Assembly (NCBI GenBank): GCA_024636355.1
Contig: JAGXHH010000037.1
Coordinates: 1-33,641, forward strand
Direction of reading: 5' to 3'
DNA length: 33,641 bases
From: Desulfobacteraceae bacterium
Lineage (GTDB): Bacteria > Desulfobacterota > Desulfobacteria > Desulfobacterales > Desulfosalsimonadaceae
A program made the translations under genes and the position numbers. Positions 8,815-16,012 of the stretch are shown piece after piece; position 1 is the first letter of the stretch; each line of letters starts with the position of its first letter. A model generated the notes under the pieces. It was given only the letters and a program-made list of their open reading frames with translations. It made no database searches and was not told the origin of the DNA.

Positions 8815-9999
8815 ATGACGGTGATTTGCGAGGAATGCGGGAAGGTTTATCACGTCGACCCGGATAAGCTGCAGCGTTACAAAGGCAAAACCATTAAGGT
8901 ACGATGTGGTGAATGTGGTCATGTCACCCAGTTGTCGAGTGTTATGGAAACCACCGGGCAGTCTGCTGATGCCTATGAGGAACCGGTCGATTACAGTGGC
9001 CCCGCAGAAACGGAAACCCCTGCGCCCTCGGATTACATGCCGTCTTACTCCGACCCCCCCGCATCCCGTCCGAAACATTCCATGGGCGACAGCAAAAAGG
9101 GTTGGATCGGATTGCGGGGAAAAATGTTTTTTCTCTTCCTGGTCATACCGATCGCGCTGATGGCAGTTTCTGGCGTTTTATCCCAGATGCAGCTGAACGA
9201 TCTGGTCGCTGGCATTACACAAGAGAGTACCGAACTGGTCAGTGAGGCGGGTAAGGAGCAGCTGCTCCAGAAAGCCCGGGACGTTGCACTCCAGTGCGAA
9301 ATCTATCTGAAGGCACATCCCGAACTGGGGCGTGAAGATTACAGCTATGACCCGGAATTCAACCAGATTGCCGTGCAGAAAGTCGGCAAGACCGGTTATA
9401 CCTGCCTGATCCAGGAGCCGGAGGCGGATAAGGGACAGAACTGGACGATATGGGCGCATCCCAACCCAAATATTATCGGCATCGATGACATCGATATGAT
9501 CCGCAAAGCCCTTGGTCCTTATTTTGACGAATTCTTTGCGATATTGGCCCGCGCACAGGGGCGCAAGGAATCGACCGGCCCGTATATGTGGAAGGACCCG
9601 GATGGAAAAATCCGACCCAAATTTATGGCGATTTCCCCCGTTACGCTCGAAGACAAGCCGTTTTTGCTGATGAGTACGGCGTATATGGATGAGTTTACCC
9701 AGAAGACCGAAAGCCTGCGGGCCGATGCCATGGAATCGGCGACTCGGACCCGGAATATCAATCTGGGTATTTTAATTGTGGCTATCATTGTTATCGGTAT
9801 GTGCATCACGATTTACGGGTACCGGTTGACCCGGAACATTCAGTATCTTACCGAAGCGGCCGACCGCATCAGCGTCGGGGATCTGGAAGCCGAAATCGAG
9901 GTGAAATCCACGGATGAGATCGGCAGCCTTGCCGATGCCATTTCCCGGATGCAGGACAGCCTCCGATTCTCGATAGAGCGCTTGCGTCGTCGACGGTAA
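8815..9999 (+). CDS. membrane sensor protein with an MJ0042-type zinc ribbon, TM helix, periplasmic Cache-like domain, TM helix and HAMP domain, and no output domain
   Basis: The ATG at 8815 is preceded by AAGGAGGAG. The zinc ribbon is CEECGKVYHV...VRCGECGHV (two CxxC pairs). The hydrophobic helices are FFLFLVIPIALMAVSGVL and LGILIVAIIVIGMCITIYGY. The HAMP-like segment is NIQYLTEAADRISVGDLEAEIEVKSTDEIGSLADAISRMQDSL. The protein ends about 12 aa later. Confidence 0.8.
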   Translation: MTVICEECGKVYHVDPDKLQRYKGKTIKVRCGECGHVTQLSSVMETTGQSADAYEEPVDYSGPAETETPAPSDYMPSYSDPPASRPKHSMGDSKKGWIGLRGKMFFLFLVIPIALMAVSGVLSQMQLNDLVAGITQESTELVSEAGKEQLLQKARDVALQCEIYLKAHPELGREDYSYDPEFNQIAVQKVGKTGYTCLIQEPEADKGQNWTIWAHPNPNIIGIDDIDMIRKALGPYFDEFFAILARAQGRKESTGPYMWKDPDGKIRPKFMAISPVTLEDKPFLLMSTAYMDEFTQKTESLRADAMESATRTRNINLGILIVAIIVIGMCITIYGYRLTRNIQYLTEAADRISVGDLEAEIEVKSTDEIGSLADAISRMQDSLRFSIERLRRRR

Positions 10000-10019
10000 G
10001 TGCTCGATTCCTGGCAAAT

Positions 10020-10063
10020 AACACGCAATGCGTTCGCCGGTGGCGACGCATTGCGTGTTTTAT
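10020..10063 (+). terminator. rho-independent terminator-like hairpin
   Basis: Perfect 14-bp inverted repeat AACACGCAATGCGT (10020-10033) / ACGCATTGCGTGTT (10046-10059) with a 12-nt loop, followed by TTTTA, 20 nt after the stop of the HAMP gene. Confidence 0.7.
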
Positions 10064-10111
10064 CTACACCAGCAGCACGCAACAACTCCGCTTGGGGACA
10101 TGTGAGGTTCA

Positions 10112-11149
10112 ATGATAATCATACCACGTGAAAAGCCGGCCATTGAAAGTCTGAACAGCTATTACCTGAATATCAAAAAGTTGATCGAGCATTACCAGGG
10201 AGACCTTGGTGCAGGGGTGGTCCATTTCACCTCCCCGGTTGCCGAAGCAGTTCTGTTCTTTGATGAAGCCAATCTGGTCAATGGCCATTACGAAGATAAA
10301 AAGCAGACGATAGACGGTCAGGCGGCCATTGATCGGGTCATGGATCTGGCGGGGAAAAACAATTTTTCCGTTTCCGTTTTCCGGGTCATTCCGGAACGGA
10401 TTTATTTCTGGGCAAATTTGTCGAATTCCAAGGTCCTGTATAGTGATTTGTCCTCCGAATTTACAGACCTCGAGGCCCTGATCAAGAAGATGGAGGCTGA
10501 ACGGTTCACCGGTTATATCGACGTGCAGTTAACCGAAGAGAAAGCGGGCGGGCTCTTGTTTTTCTTCAATGGTGAGGTTATCGGCGGTTCTTCTGCTGCG
10601 GCCGATGGGGAGATCAACCGATCCGATGCCTACAGGGAAGACCTGATAAAACGTTCCCGTCAATCCGGCGGCAAATTCAGTGTGCATAAAATCTTCATGG
10701 ATGCCACAAACAACGTCTCAGTACCTGCCCGAAAAAAAACGGCCCCGCAAATTCCAAAACCCGCGGCGCCGGCAAAAACATCGAGTAAGACCCCCATGGA
10801 TTCGGCCCGTGTAGTTGAAATGTTGCGGGTTCTACTCGTCACAATGGAACAAGTGGTGCGCGGCAACAAGAAAATTCGGGTCGATTTTGAAACCCTTCTG
10901 AATAAAAAATTCGTGGAAAAAGCGGACCAGTATGAATTTCTTGATCCTTTTGCCGCTGAATTCCGCTATTCGGGTGGAAAGATTACGTATACCGGGAACA
11001 GCAGTCAGAAAGTGCTTGTGGAAGCTATTGTCGAGTGTACAGCCGAGATTGCTTCGGCTCTCGGCATCATGAACGAACTGCGGTTGCAGCTAAATCCGTG
11101 GCGCAACGGCTTTGCAGACGAAGTCATTGGATTTGATATCCGGCTTTAG
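10112..11149 (+). CDS. hypothetical protein with two DUF4388/PATAN-like modules and a helical C-terminal domain
   Basis: 345 aa. Two segments share the pattern G-x-V/L-x-F...A-x-L-F-F-d-E/G-x-L/V-x-G (GAGVVHFTSPVAEAVLFFDEANLVNGHY and FTGYIDVQLTEEKAGGLLFFFNGEVIGGS). This resembles the DUF4388 module seen in the next gene. The domain call is by eye only. Confidence 0.6.
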   Translation: MIIIPREKPAIESLNSYYLNIKKLIEHYQGDLGAGVVHFTSPVAEAVLFFDEANLVNGHYEDKKQTIDGQAAIDRVMDLAGKNNFSVSVFRVIPERIYFWANLSNSKVLYSDLSSEFTDLEALIKKMEAERFTGYIDVQLTEEKAGGLLFFFNGEVIGGSSAAADGEINRSDAYREDLIKRSRQSGGKFSVHKIFMDATNNVSVPARKKTAPQIPKPAAPAKTSSKTPMDSARVVEMLRVLLVTMEQVVRGNKKIRVDFETLLNKKFVEKADQYEFLDPFAAEFRYSGGKITYTGNSSQKVLVEAIVECTAEIASALGIMNELRLQLNPWRNGFADEVIGFDIRL

Positions 11150-11232
11150 ATAAGTCGGACCGTATAAAACAGCAAAATATTCACCGCCCCCGCTTTTGGC
11201 GCAGGCGTTACCGCCAGGATAGGAACTCCAGA

Positions 11233-12351
11233 ATGATACCGAAGGTATTGATCGTCGATGATGACCCGGCACTGCTTGGGTTGCTGGAAGAAGAACTCAA
11301 AGATTATGATGAGATGTTTTGTGTCCGAACCGCACTCGGCGGCCAGGCCGCGCTTGATCTGATGGACAGCGATTATTTCACTCTTGCCATCACGGATTTG
11401 CGGATGCCGGGTATCGACGGTTTCGAGCTTCTGAACCGGATTTCAACCCAGTATCCGGATATTCCCGTAATTGTCATCACCGGTTACGATCGACCCAAGA
11501 CCCGGGAAGTCGTCTTGAAAAGCGGTGCCGCCGATTATTTGACAAAGCCTCTTGCCAGTGCCAAGTTAGCCGCCCGGATCATCAAGGCTCATAAGAAAAT
11601 GGCGGAGGGGGGGAGTCTGAACAACGTTACCCTGGAAACGTATCTGCAGCTGGTAGAAATGGAACAGCAGACATGTACCTTGCGAATATCTGAAAAAACG
11701 GGCTTAATGGGGGTGCTCTTTTTTCGTGACGGGGAATTGATGGATGCCCGCTTCGGAAATATGAGGGGACGGGATGCCTCTTATGAAATTCTTTCCTGGG
11801 ATGGGGTTTCCTTGTCCATTGAAAACGCCTGTATCGTCAGTAGCAAGCAGATCACCGGCGAATTACAGGCAATACTGCTCGATGCGATGCGAAACAGGGA
11901 CGAAAGCCTTGATGTTGAAAACGATCTGCAGCGAGATGACGAAGATGAATCCGGTGGCGCCATTCTTCTCAGTGATCCGGTGAATGACAGGGCGGAGCCG
12001 GAGTCAGCAGCTGCCGCATCGAGTCCTCCAACTGCATTAAACAAATCCGTAGCCGCACCGTCCCCGTCGGATCAACCGGAGCTGACGCCGGTTGATCTTG
12101 TCCGGAAGAAACTGACCGATGCGCTGGGAAACAAGGGCGCCATTGAAGATGTCTACAGCGATTCACAGTGGAATGAGTTGATTTCCCAGGTGGAGGCTGT
12201 CGGGGAGATATTTGATGCCGGGACATTAAATGTTGTATGTTTAAACCTGGGTCGTACCGGTCAGCTGCTTATAGTGCCCGGCGACGAACCGGTTATTGCC
12301 GCATTGGATGCGGATGTCTCCCGGGACAGGGCCATTGGTGCGCTGATGTAG
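11233..12351 (+). CDS. response regulator with a receiver (REC) domain, a DUF4388/PATAN domain and a C-terminal uncharacterised region
   Basis: The REC domain has DD (9-10), the phospho-acceptor D55 (LAITDLRMPG), T83 and K105 (LTKP). It is followed by LETYLQLVEMEQQTCTLRISEKTGLMGVLFFRDGELMDARFGNMRGRDASYEILSWDGVSLSIEN, which is typical of DUF4388. There is no DNA-binding or enzymatic output domain. Confidence 0.85.
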   Translation: MIPKVLIVDDDPALLGLLEEELKDYDEMFCVRTALGGQAALDLMDSDYFTLAITDLRMPGIDGFELLNRISTQYPDIPVIVITGYDRPKTREVVLKSGAADYLTKPLASAKLAARIIKAHKKMAEGGSLNNVTLETYLQLVEMEQQTCTLRISEKTGLMGVLFFRDGELMDARFGNMRGRDASYEILSWDGVSLSIENACIVSSKQITGELQAILLDAMRNRDESLDVENDLQRDDEDESGGAILLSDPVNDRAEPESAAAASSPPTALNKSVAAPSPSDQPELTPVDLVRKKLTDALGNKGAIEDVYSDSQWNELISQVEAVGEIFDAGTLNVVCLNLGRTGQLLIVPGDEPVIAALDADVSRDRAIGALM

Positions 12352-12436
12352 AAGTCGCCCGCCATGTCTCGACATCGCCGCCAACGAAACAATGATTTGC
12401 GAATGATACTCAACCACCCGATACGGGACGCGCTTA

Positions 12437-12805
12437 ATGAAAGATATTTTTACAGACATACTTGGAATCGAAGGGGTCCATGGTGGTATTGTCTTGACCA
12501 CTGGAGGCTCTGTGGCCTTGAGCAGCTTTTCTGCTCAGTACCAGGACGAAGAGTCGGCAATATCCCGAGTTGACTGGAACGGCTTTACGCTGGAGCTCAC
12601 GGACCTTAAAGAAGCTGAATTTGTATTCGAGCAGATTCGACTTTATGTGAGAAAAACACAAGCGGGTCATCTGGTGATCGTAATGGATGACATCGCTCCG
12701 ATTTCCATGGTTCGTCTGAATTGTGAAATTCTGCTGCCTGAACTGGACCGGGTAAAGCCGGCCGGTAGTAAAATCGGTCAAATTCTCAGGAAGAAAATTT
12801 TTTAA
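12437..12805 (+). CDS. Roadblock/LC7-like small protein (second paralog)
   Basis: 122 aa. ILGIEGVHGGIVLTTGGSVALSSF...EFVFEQIRLYVRKTQAGHLVIVMD follows the Roadblock pattern (GV-x-G-x-hydrophobic...dG). The assignment is by eye. Confidence 0.55.
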   Translation: MKDIFTDILGIEGVHGGIVLTTGGSVALSSFSAQYQDEESAISRVDWNGFTLELTDLKEAEFVFEQIRLYVRKTQAGHLVIVMDDIAPISMVRLNCEILLPELDRVKPAGSKIGQILRKKIF

Positions 12806-13060
12806 ACCGCCCAAACAGTCCCGCAGCACCAATTTCCTGGTTTTCGATAAATGTTTGTCAACTGACATGACATGTCGCTACTCGGGAAAATTTCGACAAT
12901 TGCTCTGTCAATCGATCAATGGTTATCATATCCTCTGTTGCACTGATTATTCTGAGCCGGCGGAGAAAATCAGGCGCATAAAATTCATTTAAAAATAGAT
13001 TGCGGCTAACGGCCGCCTGAAATTACCGCATGCGGATTATCGTTAAAGGATTGCATCAAT

Positions 13061-15451
13061 ATGCAGCCCATGGCTGAAAAAAAAGATGTGGAATCGAAAA
13101 TCAAGACGGCTGAGGCCTATGAGTCCCACGGGCTGTACGATGAAGCGGTTTGTCTTTACCAGACCATTCTTTCCGATTATTCCGAGATCGACCCGGCCAC
13201 TCGCGCAAAAATTAAAGATAGACTCAGCGGATTGAGCCAGGAACTCGACGATCTCGATCAGGAGATGCCCCAGAATTTAACTTCTGAAGAAGTCACCCAT
13301 CTCAAAACCGGGCTGTCCATCGGTGAAAGTGTACCGGAAATCTGCGACAGCGCGATGGCTTTCAAGGAACTCGGACTCTACAAGGAAGCCGTCGAGGAAT
13401 ATCGGAAGCTATTCGGCACGGAATACCCGATTGATGATTTTTTCCCCGATCTTCTGGAATGCCTCTTTCTCCTTTCCCCTCCGGCTCAGGTGGTTGATGA
13501 AATCAGACAACTGATCAAAGCCCATGCGCTGGATGAAAAGCTTACAGCGTCGATTCATTACCAGCTCGGCCTGGCGCTGGAGCAGCGGGATCACAATAAA
13601 CTTGCGGTCGAATCTTACAAATTGGTTCAGAACATCGACCCGATTTATCCGAAAATCAAGGAAAAGATTGAAGCGGCAGAGCCGGGGCGCCAATTCGAGT
13701 CCCGTTACGATTATCTGCTTCGAAACGGCATCGTTACCACCGATCAGCTCCAGAAGTGTCTGGCCATGTCCAAGCAGCTCAGAAAGAGCGTTGAACATGT
13801 ACTGATGGACCAGTTCAAGGTACCCAAGGAACAGATCGGCAAATCCCTGTCCGCCTATTACAATTGTCCCTTCAAAGTATTTGATCCGGCCATGGAGGTC
13901 CCCTATGAGCTGCTGGCCAACCTGAAAAGACCGTTCCTTCTCCAGGATATATGGGTGCCCCTTCACTGGGAAATCGATCACATCGAAATTCTACTCGATG
14001 ATCCCAAGGATTTACGGAAACTCGATCATGCTAAAGCCCTTTTCAATACGAACAAGTTTACGTTTTCGGTCGGAACCCGGGAAGATATAGAAGCGGTCAT
14101 CAACCATTTTTTTGCTGAAAAAAAGACGCAGGTGGCTCATGACCGGGGCGAAACTTCCGATGGACTGACGGAAATGCCGGAGATCGCCTTTGAAGAAGAC
14201 GATGACGATGACGAGGAGGATCCTTTTGCGGACGCCTACACCGAAGCCTCCGGGAAAGTGGTGCGCCTGGTGGATCAAATCCTGATCTCAGCTTATCGAA
14301 AAAATGCGTCCGATATCCATGTTGAACCTTCTCCAATTACGAAACGGACAAAAATCCGGTTCCGTATCGACGGGGTCTGCCAGAACTTCACCGAAGTGCC
14401 GAATACGTTTTCCAATGCGCTGCTGTCCCGGCTTAAAATCATGTCCGGACTCGATATCGCTGAGCGGCGCATGCCCCAGGACGGCAAGATCAAGTTCAAA
14501 CGCAAAGGCATTCCCCAGTTTGAACTGCGGGTCGCCACTCTGCCGACCGCCGGCGGGTATGAGGACGCGGTGCTGCGTATCCTGGCCAGCGCCGGGGCCA
14601 TGAAAATAGATGAGATGGGCCTCAAGGAACGCAACCTAAGCGTGTTGAAACGTGCCATTCTCAAACCGTACGGTCTGATACTGGTTGTAGGGCCGACCGG
14701 TTCCGGGAAAACAACCACACTGCATTCGGCCCTCGGGCATATCAATACCCCGGAACGTAAGATCTGGACGGCGGAAGATCCTGTTGAAATTTCCCAGGAA
14801 GGATTGCGCCAGGTCGAGATACACAAGAAGATCGGACTCGATTTCGCCCGGATCATGCGGTCGTTTCTGCGTGCTGATCCTGATGTGATCATGGTCGGTG
14901 AAATGCGGGATTTCGAGACGGCTTCCACCGGTGTTGAAGCCTCTTTGACCGGTCACCTCGTGTTTTCAACCCTGCATACCAACAGCGCCCCGGAAACCGT
15001 CACCCGCTTGCTTGACATGGGGCTCAATCCATTGAACTTTTCCGATGCATTCATCTGCGTACTGGCCCAGCGCCTGCTCCGTCGACTTTGCAAGAACTGC
15101 CGGAAGGAATACCATCCATCAAAAGAGGAGTTCGATGATATTGTAAACGATTACGGTACGGAAGCCTTTTCCGAAACGGGGATCGCGTATACCGCCGACA
15201 TAAAAATCCATGCTCCGGTCGGGTGCGAACAATGCAGCGGTACCGGTTATAAAGGACGGATGGGCATCCACGAGTTGATGGAAGGGACAAAGGAAGTAAA
15301 ACGGATGATAAAGAAGCAGGCCAGCGCCGAAGAATTGTTCGTACAGGCAAAGAGCGAAGGCATGACGACATTGATACAGGATGCTATTCTCAAAATGTTT
15401 GATGGGTTGACCGATATGGGCGAAGTCCGACGGGTCTGCATTTCATCATAG
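13061..15451 (+). CDS. GspE/PilB-family type II/IV secretion ATPase with an N-terminal TPR-like extension and a T2SSE_N (MshEN-like) domain
   Basis: 796 aa with Walker A GPTGSGKTTT, Walker B/Asp box DPDVIMVGEMRD, His box VFSTLHTNSA and the tetracysteine motif CKNC...CEQC. The central domain LLRNGIVTTDQLQKCLAMSKQ...FSVGTREDIEAVINHFF resembles the GspE/PilB N-terminal domain. The first ~210 aa are helical-repeat (TPR-like), and an acidic linker EEDDDDDEEDPF follows the T2SSE_N-like domain. Confidence 0.9.
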   Translation: MQPMAEKKDVESKIKTAEAYESHGLYDEAVCLYQTILSDYSEIDPATRAKIKDRLSGLSQELDDLDQEMPQNLTSEEVTHLKTGLSIGESVPEICDSAMAFKELGLYKEAVEEYRKLFGTEYPIDDFFPDLLECLFLLSPPAQVVDEIRQLIKAHALDEKLTASIHYQLGLALEQRDHNKLAVESYKLVQNIDPIYPKIKEKIEAAEPGRQFESRYDYLLRNGIVTTDQLQKCLAMSKQLRKSVEHVLMDQFKVPKEQIGKSLSAYYNCPFKVFDPAMEVPYELLANLKRPFLLQDIWVPLHWEIDHIEILLDDPKDLRKLDHAKALFNTNKFTFSVGTREDIEAVINHFFAEKKTQVAHDRGETSDGLTEMPEIAFEEDDDDDEEDPFADAYTEASGKVVRLVDQILISAYRKNASDIHVEPSPITKRTKIRFRIDGVCQNFTEVPNTFSNALLSRLKIMSGLDIAERRMPQDGKIKFKRKGIPQFELRVATLPTAGGYEDAVLRILASAGAMKIDEMGLKERNLSVLKRAILKPYGLILVVGPTGSGKTTTLHSALGHINTPERKIWTAEDPVEISQEGLRQVEIHKKIGLDFARIMRSFLRADPDVIMVGEMRDFETASTGVEASLTGHLVFSTLHTNSAPETVTRLLDMGLNPLNFSDAFICVLAQRLLRRLCKNCRKEYHPSKEEFDDIVNDYGTEAFSETGIAYTADIKIHAPVGCEQCSGTGYKGRMGIHELMEGTKEVKRMIKKQASAEELFVQAKSEGMTTLIQDAILKMFDGLTDMGEVRRVCISS

Positions 15452-15565
15452 AATTTATTCGGGAACCGTTTATGTTGTTCCTATTATGCAGGAAACGGCA
15501 TACAGCGAGGCGTTTAATCCTCTCAGAATGCAGTTGAATTCAGATAAAAAAATGAGACGGACTGG

Positions 15566-16012
15566 ATGAGGAATTTCTTTCAGTGGCTAAAACGGATATG
15601 GCGTCCTTCGTGCCCCCCGTGTACTGCGCAAAACAGTCAGTCAGATCAGCGGGGATTTGACCGTTATGCCGTTTCCTTTCCGGTAATTATTTCCGGAAAG
15701 GACGTCAAAGGTGCAGAAAATCATGAAAAGACGGTACTGCACGATATTTCCGGCAGCGGCGCCATGTTCATGTCCCAGACCCCGGGAAAATATTATCCCG
15801 GGCAACTGTTGAAGGTATCCATAATGCTCGACGGCACCAATGATGTTCGTGCCCGGATCCGTACGGAGGCCACCGTTATCCGGATTCATCACAACGGGAC
15901 TTTGTTAACGGAAGTCCGTCCGGACGGAATGTCTACCGGCATCGCCGTACAGTTTGACCGTTCCTTTGAATTCGAGCGGATCGACAACAGTGATTACAGG
16001 TCAAATGGATGA
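15566..16012 (+). CDS. PilZ-domain (c-di-GMP-binding) protein
   Basis: 148 aa with RGFDR (RxxxR) followed about 30 aa later by DISGSGA (DxSxxG), the canonical PilZ c-di-GMP motifs. Confidence 0.75.
   Translation: MRNFFQWLKRIWRPSCPPCTAQNSQSDQRGFDRYAVSFPVIISGKDVKGAENHEKTVLHDISGSGAMFMSQTPGKYYPGQLLKVSIMLDGTNDVRARIRTEATVIRIHHNGTLLTEVRPDGMSTGIAVQFDRSFEFERIDNSDYRSNG

Noticed and set aside
10012-10026. TGGCAAATAACACGC as a second sigma-54 promoter upstream of gene 10112
   Set aside because: The GG/GC spacing fits, but the -12 box is ACGC rather than TTGC, and the motif overlaps the terminator stem. It is most likely coincidental.
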